A DNA stretch of 64,000 nt from Cyclobacteriaceae bacterium (GCA_965229785.1 CBDDJS010000001.1:7744677-7808676); one strand, 5' to 3'. Numbered from the stretch's first letter, positions 1 through 9,417 are shown. The notes: generated from the letters alone by a model not told the origin. Made by a program: numbers and translations.

Positions 1-656
1 ATGTTATTCCACGCCACGCTTTGAAGAGCATCGTCGCAAGAAGTCAGAAATGGAAAATTAGCTGATGCCATTTGATGTTGTACGGTTTTCGAAGCTCGGC
101 TGTAACCAATTTTCAGATGAGAGCGATATTGTTGAGAGAGTGTGTTTCGCATGAAGTGATACGCGGAGAAATTGAGCAATACTAATGTTGGGCGATCTTG
201 CGCCAGCATTTCTTTCAACAGTAGAAGTGCCTGAACGGTACCATGGCCAATAACTCCTGCATTTTTGAAATTGATGTGCGGATATTGTTGTTGCAAGAGA
301 GCCGTAAAGTTTTCTTCGTCACCCACACCATAACCATAAGTATAGGAACACCCCAACATCCATACTTTCGAATAGGAGGAGCTGGTTTCATTACTTACTT
401 TCCTCTGACCTCCGGGCAGGTGTGTGGCGTGAAAAGTTAGTTGTTCATTGACCATGATGTCAAATACGCCTTCGTTGAGTTGTATGCCCAGTGAAGAATG
501 CCCAGTATAGGCATGGGGTGGATTTGACGTTACCTTGAAATCCGTATGCTGATAAGGTTTATATCCCAGAAGTCTTAGAGATACTTCCAAAAGAACAAAG
601 ATGCCTACCGGATAGACAACAATAAGCCCAATTTGCCATTTTAAAAGTTTAGCCAC
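1..656 (-). CDS. possible SGNH/GDSL-like hydrolase, partial (3' end runs off the window start)
   Basis: My own minus-strand translation from GTG at 654-656 is open to base 1 (VAKLLKWQIGLIVVYPVGIFVLLEVSLRLLGYKPY...WMLGCSYTYGYGVGDEENF...VLLNFSAYHF...). It has an N-terminal hydrophobic helix followed by a G-C-S-x-x-x-G block resembling SGNH block I. It is absent from the ORF track because no stop lies inside the window. It begins 20 nt after the upstream S9 peptidase stop. Start codon and family are uncertain. Confidence 0.35.
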   Translation of the reverse strand, partial: MAKLLKWQIGLIVVYPVGIFVLLEVSLRLLGYKPYQHTDFKVTSNPPHAYTGHSSLGIQLNEGVFDIMVNEQLTFHATHLPGGQRKVSNETSSSYSKVWMLGCSYTYGYGVGDEENFTALLQQQYPHINFKNAGVIGHGTVQALLLLKEMLAQDRPTLVLLNFSAYHFMRNTLSQQYRSHLKIGYSRASKTVQHQMASANFPFLTSCDDALQSVAWNN

Positions 657-675
657 ACTGATCGCGTCAATGGCG

Positions 676-3366
676 TTACTCCCTGATCACCCGAAAACCA
701 GCATTTTCAGTGGCAGAATTGGTTGCTTCATTGAATGGGTCAACAAAATCGTATCCACTGTAGTCATAGGTCTTCAGAGTGCCATTATCAGAATAATATT
801 CTGCCACGTTACCTCCCAGATCGAACAACAGGATCTTTTCTTTCAATTTGATGGCGGGGTGACTACCAGCAGGTTTGATCAGACTTATATCTTTTACCGT
901 GGAAGTTAATTTGACGGCATCTGTGGCTGTGAGTTCGTAACCCGCCCAATATTCCAGGTTGTTTTGACCCTTGGCATTTTTCCTGCCTAGTTTGTGTAAT
1001 TTTTTGGCTTCTGTCTCATTGGGTAATCGGTAAGTTTCTCCGGTTTTGTCAGATAGCCATTCGAGATACCCTGTGATATCGCTCGCTGATAAGCCCGTGA
1101 TTGGATGATTGGCCTTCAACGCATCGTATGTTTCGCCGGTGTAACGGTGATATTGAGCAAATGTCACTTCGAACCGTCCAACGGCAATGCTATCGTTGCC
1201 TACTTCCATGACTTCCGGCACCAGTACTCCGTTTTTCTCTATGCCATAATGTCCACTCCCAGTCTGGCTTTTATCCAGTGTCATTTGAGTGGCGAGTGGG
1301 CTCCCAGGCTTTAAGGCTTCGTTTCTTTCCTCTACTTTATCAAACAGATATTGGTCGATCCATTTGATTTCTTCCTTCATCTTGCGTAGCTGATGAGTGA
1401 TCTTTTGTAAACCATGTGGCTGGCCAGGAAACCAAAGGAATTTTACCGGTGCGACACCTACCTGCTGCAGGCCGCGATAATACTCCCAGCTCTGATCTCG
1501 TGGTACAGCCCGGTCCTCGCTACCATGGAAAATGATCGTCGGTGTTTTGATCTTTTCAATTTCAAAAATGGGCGAGTTGTTGATGTACCATTCATTGTAG
1601 TGTTTTCCATTGGTATCATCCCAGGGTGCCCCTCCAAAATAGCTTTGGTCGAAGGTAACCCCAAATTGGCAGGTGCCATAGTCAGAAGTCCAGTTGATGT
1701 CGCCGGCCCCAGGTGCCGCTACTTTGAACATATCCGGATATTTGAGGGTCATCCAGGTAGCTAGTATGGCCCCGTTAGACCAGCCCATCACCCCGAGTTT
1801 GTCCATATCGATCCAACCCTTATCATTCAGGTGTTGAATGCCATTATAAATGTCAATCTGTTCCAGTTGGTAATAATTTCCTCCTTTGATGGACTCAATG
1901 AAGGCCTGATTATGGCTACCCGAACCATGATAATTGGGTTTGAGAACGAAAGCTCCTTTATCGGTATAGATCTGAGGGTAAGTTGACCAGCGCTCCGACC
2001 AGGCATCTCGATCAACGCCGGTGGGTCCACCATGGATTGAAAGGATCAGTGGGTATCGCTTGCCTTCTTCATAGTTTTTGGGATAGTACAAGATGCCGTT
2101 CACCTCTTCATCGTTTGCCCCGTTCCAATAGATGATTTCAGATTTCGCAATGGGCTTCTTCTTGAGTCTGTCATTCAATGAAGTCAGGATCTCCCGGTCA
2201 TCAATGCTGATGTTTCTTCTGCTTTTTGTCAAATTGGCCACGTAGTATTCTGGCAATTTGGAAGCCGTCGAATGATTGAAAATGAGTTTGTTTCCTTTTT
2301 CACTTACGCCTAAGATCGCCACGTGGTTAGCCATGGTACTACCAAAGTCCAGCCCATATTTAGACCAGTTATTATCAGATTTTTTGTAATACGCCACTTC
2401 ATATAAAGGCCCATTGGGCAGTTGAGCGACCACATCATCCCCTGAAAGCCAGTAGTTACCCATACCATTTTCCCAGTCCAGTGCTACCTTTTGGAAATTG
2501 TTGCTGTTGAGATCGTAATAATACAATTCATCAATCCCGGCCCCATTCCACTGGGGGTTAGAAGATCTGGTTGCCGTGAAATAAAATCCCTGACCATTAT
2601 TAGGGAATCGGAATCGGCCTGGTTCCTGCAGGCCTTGTAAGATTTGGGTCTCTGCTCCGGATTCAAGGTTCTTTAGGAAGTACTGGGGTTTAGGATTGCC
2701 ATCTACACCATAGTCCGGACTGAGGATAAGCTGGTAAACCAGGTATTTACCGTCTTTTGACGAGGCATACTGTCTTACCTGATACCGGTTGTCCGTCAGT
2801 CGCTTGATTTGTTTCTTCCCAACATCGAAACTGTACAAACGTCGAGGTTTCCAATGGGCAGTATCCTCAACAATCTGAGTATTGTCTTTTTCATTTTCAA
2901 TCTCATAAAGTGATTTGCCCTCACTGGCAACGAACGCCAACACCCCAGGTCTGAGCCAGGATATATTGCCAAGGCCTTTTTCGAAAGTGTGTACTTTTTC
3001 GGGTTCACCACCCAGCAAATTCAATCGCCACAAAACCTTACCTTTTTCACGCGAAGAAAGAAAATAGAGCTGTTCACTGTCTGCGGAGAACAGCGGGCTG
3101 TTATCATTATCGTCAGTGCTGGTAAGTTGAAAAGTCCTGATTTTTCCGTCCTTTTTCAGATCCAGCCTGGCCATGTACAGATCGTTTACAAACTTGTCTG
3201 CTTTCTTTACCCCTTTTCTTTGGGTCCAGACGACTAATTTCCTATCTGGCGAGAAAATCGGATTCGAAACCGATTGGGTATGAATGATCTCTTCAGGTGT
3301 CCAAAGATCCTGAGCAAATCCCATCATACAGACGAATAGAACAAAAGCAGAAAGTAAATACTTCAT
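676..3366 (-). CDS. S9 family (prolyl oligopeptidase/DPP-type) serine peptidase with N-terminal beta-propeller region and C-terminal FGE/SUMF1-like domain
   Basis: 896 aa ORF with signal peptide MKYLLSAFVLFVCMMGFAQ. Nucleophile elbow GVMGWSNGA and downstream FHGSEDRAVP and PGQPHG are typical of the S9 catalytic domain. The last about 190 aa carry FGE-sulfatase family motifs (VTFAQYHRY, ITGLSASDITGYLEWL, YRLPNETEAKKL, GGNVAEYY, GFRVIRE). Confidence 0.85.
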   Translation of the reverse strand: MKYLLSAFVLFVCMMGFAQDLWTPEEIIHTQSVSNPIFSPDRKLVVWTQRKGVKKADKFVNDLYMARLDLKKDGKIRTFQLTSTDDNDNSPLFSADSEQLYFLSSREKGKVLWRLNLLGGEPEKVHTFEKGLGNISWLRPGVLAFVASEGKSLYEIENEKDNTQIVEDTAHWKPRRLYSFDVGKKQIKRLTDNRYQVRQYASSKDGKYLVYQLILSPDYGVDGNPKPQYFLKNLESGAETQILQGLQEPGRFRFPNNGQGFYFTATRSSNPQWNGAGIDELYYYDLNSNNFQKVALDWENGMGNYWLSGDDVVAQLPNGPLYEVAYYKKSDNNWSKYGLDFGSTMANHVAILGVSEKGNKLIFNHSTASKLPEYYVANLTKSRRNISIDDREILTSLNDRLKKKPIAKSEIIYWNGANDEEVNGILYYPKNYEEGKRYPLILSIHGGPTGVDRDAWSERWSTYPQIYTDKGAFVLKPNYHGSGSHNQAFIESIKGGNYYQLEQIDIYNGIQHLNDKGWIDMDKLGVMGWSNGAILATWMTLKYPDMFKVAAPGAGDINWTSDYGTCQFGVTFDQSYFGGAPWDDTNGKHYNEWYINNSPIFEIEKIKTPTIIFHGSEDRAVPRDQSWEYYRGLQQVGVAPVKFLWFPGQPHGLQKITHQLRKMKEEIKWIDQYLFDKVEERNEALKPGSPLATQMTLDKSQTGSGHYGIEKNGVLVPEVMEVGNDSIAVGRFEVTFAQYHRYTGETYDALKANHPITGLSASDITGYLEWLSDKTGETYRLPNETEAKKLHKLGRKNAKGQNNLEYWAGYELTATDAVKLTSTVKDISLIKPAGSHPAIKLKEKILLFDLGGNVAEYYSDNGTLKTYDYSGYDFVDPFNEATNSATENAGFRVIRE

Positions 3367-3480
3367 AGGTCGAGAATTGATCCTTAAAAATAGTACGATA
3401 CGAAGATTTGGATCCCGGTAAAAGTGCTAATGGTTCTGAGTCTGATGTAGATGGGGTTTGAATAAGTATGGCCGTTGTTT

Positions 3481-4425
3481 TTACCGCAAGGCCGTGCGTA
3501 ATGCTTTCCGGAAAGCATCTGGTTGATCTACCCAAAGGATGTGACCCGCTTCGGAAATTATCTGAATCGTCGACCTTGGGACTTCTGTTGCCCATTTGCG
3601 TATTAAGCCGTTACCAAAATCCAGAAAATCATGAGAAGCCCCAATAAAATGGACAGGATAGGTCTGATCATTAAACTCCCTGATATAATTCCAACCTGCT
3701 GGTGGGTAGGATTGAGCGGTTAGATCATATACGTGACCCTGATACAAGGACCTCCCGCCACTGAGCTTTGGCCAGTTTCGGAGATCAAATAGCATTCGCC
3801 GAGCGAAATTGATCCTGAATTTTGCTGTGTTTTGCTGAGGACTTAGGTTTTTATCATTGAGTCCATATTGCCGAAACGTTTCATCCACGTCCGAACGATT
3901 CATGTATTTGCCTTGATTTTCAAACTGTGCATCACTTAGTTGCTTCTCTTCTGCACTGAATTGGGTTTTCAGGTGAGCCGGTGTTATTAATGTAAGCCTC
4001 GCTATACGTTCCGGATATTTTTTGGCATAAGCACTGGCCAATACGGATCCCATTGAATGACCCACAAGGTTCATTTTGTTCATTTTCAATGCTTTACGGA
4101 GGCGTTCCAGGTCTTCAATATGATTATTAAAGGTAATGAGTGAATCCGGACAGGGTGAATGCAGAGAACCTCTTTGATCATACAGGACAAAGTGAAATTC
4201 GTTTTCTAGCCCTGCTATGGCCGAGATTAATCCTTTGTGATCGGCACCCCATCCACCATGGAGCATGATCACCGTGTCAGAACCGGTCCCTATTTCTGCT
4301 ACATACAATTCAGGAGACAGCCCCCAGTCGCCGATGGGCAAAAACCAGTCTTTCATCGCTGGAAGTTCCTGTCCACGTACAGGAAAAATAAAGATGATAA
4401 GAAATAAAATTATCGAAGTTCGCAT
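3481..4425 (-). CDS. alpha/beta hydrolase (proline iminopeptidase-like), secreted
   Basis: HGGWGADH oxyanion region and GHSMGS nucleophile elbow. I prefer the internal ATG at 4425 (MRTSIILFLIIFIFPVRGQ signal peptide) over the track start at 4488. Confidence 0.8.
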   Translation of the reverse strand: MRTSIILFLIIFIFPVRGQELPAMKDWFLPIGDWGLSPELYVAEIGTGSDTVIMLHGGWGADHKGLISAIAGLENEFHFVLYDQRGSLHSPCPDSLITFNNHIEDLERLRKALKMNKMNLVGHSMGSVLASAYAKKYPERIARLTLITPAHLKTQFSAEEKQLSDAQFENQGKYMNRSDVDETFRQYGLNDKNLSPQQNTAKFRINFARRMLFDLRNWPKLSGGRSLYQGHVYDLTAQSYPPAGWNYIREFNDQTYPVHFIGASHDFLDFGNGLIRKWATEVPRSTIQIISEAGHILWVDQPDAFRKALRTALR

Positions 4426-4784
4426 GAGTTCCAGGGTCAGTTTTTTTATATGTAGCCTCTGTCCAATCGTGAGCAGTTTAACGCCCATAGTTGTGACTTT
4501 TCAAGAAAAATTCAAAAAATGTACCATTGATTGTATGTATTTGATTTTTAGTTGTTTACGTTTTATACGCGAGCGCATATTGTCCAAAGACGAACAAACA
4601 TCGTTCAGAAGGAGCGTCAATAAAAACTTGAACGGTGGCATCTGAGAATAGTCCAAATCTTGCGGATCATTGTATGGTGAACGCCCAATATAACTTGCCG
4701 AGTAAATGCAACCTTCCAAAAGTATGTTCCGTAGAAATATACATATTCGAAGTTTTAATTTGAATATTTAAAGATTACGCTACT

Positions 4785-5606
4785 ATGTTTAACAGAATAA
4801 CCTCATTGCTAGAAGAAGATGATGAACCTCCCAGTCGGGTGGAACAGATCATCCAGGAAATCAAACAAGGCATTGAAGCACTGTCCACACAGATCGATTC
4901 GATTGAAAGAACGGCTTCAGAAAATAACAAGAAACTCCTGAGCCTTCGGGAGCAAAACAAAACGATCAGGGAGCAAGCCACGCAGGCTTACGCAAAAAAG
5001 GAAACACGAAAAGCACAAAGCCTCTGGGAAGAACTGAAAGTGATTGAACATAAGGTCACACAATACCAAGAGCTTCAGGCCTCCATTGATCAAGGCAGGA
5101 TCAAACTGCAAAAACAGCGAAATGAACTGGAGTTCAAAAGAGACCAGCTCCTGGCTAAGGTGAAGGTAGGAGAACTGGATGCCCATGCTACCAAGAACTA
5201 CGCCGACATCATGGAAAGCCTTATGCTCCTCAAACACAGCGGAGAACTGACCCAGTACAACGAAGCCATTGAAGCTTCTGAATACAAAGCCGAAGCGCTA
5301 AAAGAACTCTCAGGTGAACCCATACCAACTGCTCATGAAACCGAGCTGAGTGAACTGGAAAACCTGATTGAGGCAGAAAAGAAGTCCAATGATCAAAAGG
5401 CCATTGATCAGCTACAGAAGAAGTACGGTGACTTTTTCGACAACTCCCCAGCAAAAGAACAAAAGAGCCGAAAGGAAGAGCGACTAAAAGCACTGGCAAC
5501 TCAAGCGGTTGCCGCAACCAAAGCAGACAAATTCTTCGACAAAGAAGACGAGGTGCCCAAGTCTTCAGAACAGGCAGACCGTATCAAAAACTTCTTTGGT
5601 AAGTGA
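4785..5606 (+). CDS. PspA/IM30-like coiled-coil protein (tentative)
   Basis: 273 aa, almost entirely heptad-like charged helix with an IM30-like N-terminus (MFNRITSLLEE...VEQIIQEIKQGIEAL). It lies 52 nt upstream of two TerD genes on the same strand. The family assignment is by resemblance only. Confidence 0.5.
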   Translation: MFNRITSLLEEDDEPPSRVEQIIQEIKQGIEALSTQIDSIERTASENNKKLLSLREQNKTIREQATQAYAKKETRKAQSLWEELKVIEHKVTQYQELQASIDQGRIKLQKQRNELEFKRDQLLAKVKVGELDAHATKNYADIMESLMLLKHSGELTQYNEAIEASEYKAEALKELSGEPIPTAHETELSELENLIEAEKKSNDQKAIDQLQKKYGDFFDNSPAKEQKSRKEERLKALATQAVAATKADKFFDKEDEVPKSSEQADRIKNFFGK

Positions 5607-5658
5607 CATAAGTCGACTACCGGGATACTTTATTTTTCATTACTAAACGCATAATATC

Positions 5659-6219
5659 ATGGCTATTGAGCTCAAGAAAGGTCATTCCTTTGACCTGACA
5701 AAGAAAAAACCGTCACTTAACAAAATAATTGTAGGACTCGGATGGGACGTCCGGCCAGGAAACAGCCTGGACCTGGATGCTGTCTGTTTCATGCTGGCAG
5801 CCAACAACAAACTGGTAGCGGATGATTACTTCGTCTTTTACAACAACTTGAGATCCGGAGATCGGTCCGTCGAACACACTGGCGACAACCGTACCGGACT
5901 TGGAGATGGCGACGATGAAATGATCCTGGTGAACCTTTCTAAAGTCGATCCCAGAGTAGAGGAGATGCTTTTCGTGGTGACCATCAATGATGCGTTCACC
6001 AAAAATCACAATTTCGGAATGGTCGAAAATGCCTTCATCAGAATTGTGAATGTAGAGACCAATGAAGAGATCCTGCGCTACAACCTGGATGTCGATTATT
6101 CAGATGCGACAGAAGTGGAGTTTGGGAAGTTGATCAAAGAAGGGTTAGAATGGAAATTTGATGCGGTGGGAATCTCTACCGAAAAAGGATTGCAGGGTTA
6201 TGTAGACATCTACGCGTAA
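5659..6219 (+). CDS. terD: TerD family stress response protein
   Basis: 186 aa. Canonical TerD start MAIELKKGHSFDL, GLGWD, DLDAVCF, and the Ca-binding motif GDNRTGLGDGDDE. Confidence 0.9.
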   Translation: MAIELKKGHSFDLTKKKPSLNKIIVGLGWDVRPGNSLDLDAVCFMLAANNKLVADDYFVFYNNLRSGDRSVEHTGDNRTGLGDGDDEMILVNLSKVDPRVEEMLFVVTINDAFTKNHNFGMVENAFIRIVNVETNEEILRYNLDVDYSDATEVEFGKLIKEGLEWKFDAVGISTEKGLQGYVDIYA

Positions 6220-6851
6220 TGATAACATTAGATAAGCACACTGGAATAAACCTAAAGAAAGGTTCTTCCATTCGCCTCGAAAAAGAGGGCAGAAAACTGG
6301 AACGTATTTGTGTGGGACTGAACTGGGGGGCCATCCCCAGGACAGGCCTGCTCCGATCGTTGATGGGCAATTCCATTGCCGTAGACCTGGATGGTGCCGT
6401 GAGCACATACGCCGAAGGTGAGTTGTTCGAAACCGTATTTTTCAACCACCTGAACTCTGTGGACCGTGCGATCCGCCACTCCGGGGATGACCTTACCGGG
6501 GATCTGGATGGAGACGATGGGTTGGACAATGAAGTGATCACCATCAACCTGAAACAGGTGAATGAAGCGATTGATACCATTTTCATTTATCTCAACTCGT
6601 ACGAAGGGCAGGATTTTGGCGACATCCCTTATTCGAAACTAAGGATCTATGAAGGCACACCTGATTACGTCGACGAAACATTGGCCACCTTCAACTTATC
6701 GGTAGAGCAGAAATTCAAAGGGTACGTATCGATGATCATGGGAAAGCTGGTTCGTTCCGGAGATACCTGGACGTTCCATACCATCGGTGAACCCGTAAAA
6801 CCCAGGAAGATTCCACCGATCGCCCAACACATTAAACAGGTGTACTTTTAG
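6219..6851 (+). CDS. TerD-domain protein (divergent paralog, TerZ/TerX-like)
   Basis: 210 aa. ITLDKHTGINLKKG, GLNWG, DLDGAV and SGDDLTGDLDGDDGLDNE motifs. Its ATG overlaps the upstream TAA (TAATG), suggesting translational coupling. Confidence 0.8.
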   Translation: MITLDKHTGINLKKGSSIRLEKEGRKLERICVGLNWGAIPRTGLLRSLMGNSIAVDLDGAVSTYAEGELFETVFFNHLNSVDRAIRHSGDDLTGDLDGDDGLDNEVITINLKQVNEAIDTIFIYLNSYEGQDFGDIPYSKLRIYEGTPDYVDETLATFNLSVEQKFKGYVSMIMGKLVRSGDTWTFHTIGEPVKPRKIPPIAQHIKQVYF

Positions 6852-6859
6852 TGCAATGA

Positions 6860-6881
6860 GCCCCGAGAGGGGCTTTTTTGT
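6860..6881 (+). terminator. intrinsic terminator after the TerD operon
   Basis: AGCCCC-GAGA-GGGGCT followed by TTTTTTG, 9 nt after the stop at 6851. Confidence 0.75.
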
Positions 6882-7034
6882 TTATCTAGACTAAGTAGAT
6901 CATATCGGTTTTTCTAATCTCTTTAAATGAGGCTAAGACCTCTTTTCCATAAAATGGTTTGGAGGATGTTGCGTTGCGTTTTATATTGAACAGGATAAAG
7001 CAAAGTAAAAAACTAACGTTTTAATCTGAAGCAC

Positions 7035-8180
7035 ATGGAACCAATTACCATCCTTTACGAAAAAGATTTCAATGCACCGAAAAAAGAGAGAAAGCACATC
7101 ATCTTAATGGATGGTACCTGGAATGATGAAACAGGTATCGGTGGGGACATGTTGGTGACCAACATCGTTCAAATGAGTCGGATTTTCCAGAACGATGAGG
7201 AGAATCAAATCGTGCGCTATCACCGTGGAGTGGGCAACGACAATGACAATAACTCCTTCAAATCTAAGTGGAAGGGAGCTACTGGGAGAGCCATAAAAGC
7301 CATCATCGACAGAGCTTATGCCCGATTCGTTCAGGATTGGCAATATGGTGATCATATTTACATTTTCGGCTTTAGCAGAGGGGCTGCTGCTGCCAGAATG
7401 CTCGCTAAGAAAATAGAAGAGGAAAAAATTCCGGCTAAAGTTGAGATTACTTTAGAGCCTAAACAAAACAGAGAAACAAGGGTGGTGGAACAAAGGATCA
7501 CCAAAGTGGAATTTGATCGCTCGGATTGCAGACCGGCAGAGATAGAATTTTTAGGTGTTTGGGATACTGTGACTGCTTTAGGTCTGACCAACAATTTCTT
7601 ACGTTTCATTGGGTTAAAAGAAGCTGACCTCTTTACGAATCACGATATCTCTGCAATCATTAAGAAGGCCGTGCATTTGGTGGCCATCGATGAAACCAGA
7701 AAGCCCTTTGTGCCTTCTCTGATGAATCATAAAGAAAATGTAACCCATGAGGTGTGGTTTCCAGGAGTACATTCGGATATTGGGGGCAGTTACCTCGAAG
7801 ACGATATTGCTCAGGCGTCTCTGTACTACATGATTCAATGTATGGAAGAATGGAACACCGAACGTGGATTGCCTGAATTTAAGGTCGACGAATCCGCCAA
7901 ATCCAAGTATACCAAAGCAAAAATTGACAAAGCACATTTTCACTTCCATGGTAAAGCATTTGGTAAAGATGTTCGTCATATTAAGGTTCAGGTAGATGGT
8001 GAACCCTCTGATCTTGTACCCATGATCCACCATCTCTACTACGATATCGTTTCTCAAAAAAATTCCTACTCTGTCTTCCAGCTTAAAAAATTCTTGCGTA
8101 AAGCGGTTAAGTATGTGGTGAATTTTCAATATATGCCATTTAATGTGAAGGCGCTTAAGGAATTTAAGATTGTGAAGTGA
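7035..8180 (+). CDS. DUF2235 (Tle1-like) alpha/beta hydrolase-fold protein, putative lipase/phospholipase
   Basis: 381 aa with no signal peptide. DGTWND near the N-terminus, GFSRGAAAAR (GxSxG), GVWDTV and FPGVHSDIGGSY are the hallmark blocks of DUF2235. Confidence 0.8.
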   Translation: MEPITILYEKDFNAPKKERKHIILMDGTWNDETGIGGDMLVTNIVQMSRIFQNDEENQIVRYHRGVGNDNDNNSFKSKWKGATGRAIKAIIDRAYARFVQDWQYGDHIYIFGFSRGAAAARMLAKKIEEEKIPAKVEITLEPKQNRETRVVEQRITKVEFDRSDCRPAEIEFLGVWDTVTALGLTNNFLRFIGLKEADLFTNHDISAIIKKAVHLVAIDETRKPFVPSLMNHKENVTHEVWFPGVHSDIGGSYLEDDIAQASLYYMIQCMEEWNTERGLPEFKVDESAKSKYTKAKIDKAHFHFHGKAFGKDVRHIKVQVDGEPSDLVPMIHHLYYDIVSQKNSYSVFQLKKFLRKAVKYVVNFQYMPFNVKALKEFKIVK

Positions 8181-8436
8181 GGGGTAAGTAGTAGCGTGGC
8201 TTTTTGGTTGATTTCATGGATTTCAAATAAGCCCGAAGAGATCTATTCAAAACAGGTAGGCTGTAGGTCGCACGATTTCGGCCTAAACCTTGTTGGTCCA
8301 GTCAAGATCGCATAATTTGTGTCCACAACCGATTTGCAAAGGCCTTGTGGATCAGATACTTTTATAGTCCCTTGAAAAGTAAGAATAACGGAGCTCCACT
8401 TATGAAGATAAATGGGCACCGATAACAATTTTAGGT

Positions 8437-8853
8437 ATGGGCAATGATCAGAATAATCCCTTTGTAGAATCCGCATTAACCACCATACTGGTTGTTTCCG
8501 ATATGTCAAAATCGAAATTCTTTTATGTGGATGTACTTGGCGCCAGGATATTTCGTGAATATGGTGGAGACTCTATGGTGTTGGAGTTTCTGGGCAACTG
8601 GATATTACTGGTAACTGCCGGCGACCCTACAGAAGATAAGCCCAACACGCATTTTGTTCCACCAACGGATAAAGATTCCGTAAGCCATGCCTATACCATA
8701 AGGGTCAAAGACTGTGTGAAGTCCTATGAAATACTGAAGGAAAGAGGCGCTGAATTTATCACACCTCCGTTGGATCGTGGCGCTGAAGTCAGGTGTTTTT
8801 TTAGAGATCCCGATGGTCACTTGTTTGAAATCAGTGAGTATCGTGGATCATAG
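8437..8853 (+). CDS. VOC/glyoxalase-bleomycin resistance family protein
   Basis: 138 aa. A beta-alpha-beta-beta-beta style sequence ending FRDPDGHLFEISEY, typical of the VOC superfamily. The start may be an internal Met. Confidence 0.7.
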   Translation: MGNDQNNPFVESALTTILVVSDMSKSKFFYVDVLGARIFREYGGDSMVLEFLGNWILLVTAGDPTEDKPNTHFVPPTDKDSVSHAYTIRVKDCVKSYEILKERGAEFITPPLDRGAEVRCFFRDPDGHLFEISEYRGS

Positions 8854-8909
8854 TACCAGACGTCAATAAATCTGTTTGTTTCATTGCAACCTGCTATTGC
8901 ATTCGACCT

Positions 8910-9341
8910 CTATTCAACCTGCTCAAGGTAATTTTTAAGTTTATTCGTAATGAAATTGTCCCAGGCATTGGAACAGGTTTCGTAACAAATGAACGCAGGT
9001 ACGAGCCCCTCATGCGTAAACTGAAGCTCAATTTCATCCGCACCTGACGCTTTGATTGTCCATTCCAACCGCGTGCCGACCCATTCTTTTTGAACCCCCT
9101 CAAGGTTTCCAATGATCTGATTCGCATCGATACATTCCCAGGCGATTTTACTGTGAGGAACATATTCGGTAACCTTGAATTGATACCAGGGTTCTCCCCA
9201 GGATACAGTAAATTCATCTCCCAACTGTTGTGCGACCTGATCTTGATCTCCCCACCAATCGCTGATTTTCGTTGAGAGCGCTTCGAAAGCGAGTATTGCA
9301 GAGGCTTTAGCCTTCATTTTGGCGGAATAACTCTTATCCAT
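8910..9341 (-). CDS. SRPBCC (AHSA1/START-like) domain protein
   Basis: 143 aa. The Trp-rich pattern (ISDWWG, VSWGEPW, IAWECI, LEWTI) resembles Aha1-like SRPBCC proteins. It is divergent from an HxlR regulator, a common pairing. Confidence 0.6.
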   Translation of the reverse strand: MDKSYSAKMKAKASAILAFEALSTKISDWWGDQDQVAQQLGDEFTVSWGEPWYQFKVTEYVPHSKIAWECIDANQIIGNLEGVQKEWVGTRLEWTIKASGADEIELQFTHEGLVPAFICYETCSNAWDNFITNKLKNYLEQVE

Positions 9342-9355
9342 TTATTTATGTTAAA

Positions 9356-9402
9356 ACTGATTGTAAAATAAAACCAGTTGTAAATTTACATTACTGATTG
9401 TA
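9356..9402. promoter_or_regulatory. candidate operator in the SRPBCC/HxlR divergent promoter
   Basis: A perfect 12 bp palindrome TGTAAATTTACA (9379-9390) is flanked by direct repeats ACTGATTGTA at 9356-9365 and 9393-9402, all inside the 76 bp divergent intergenic region. Confidence 0.3.
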
Positions 9403-9417
9403 TTTTGCAAGTAGTTT

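Noticed and set aside
243-909. Track ORFs 243..440 (+) and 670..909 (+) at the window start.
   Set aside because: Both are antisense to continuous minus-strand reading frames that carry recognisable hydrolase or peptidase-FGE motifs.
7035-8180. Calling the DUF2235 protein a T6SS Tle1 effector.
   Set aside because: There are no T6SS structural genes, VgrG/PAAR, adaptor or immunity lipoprotein genes in the window. Only the fold-family assignment is supported.
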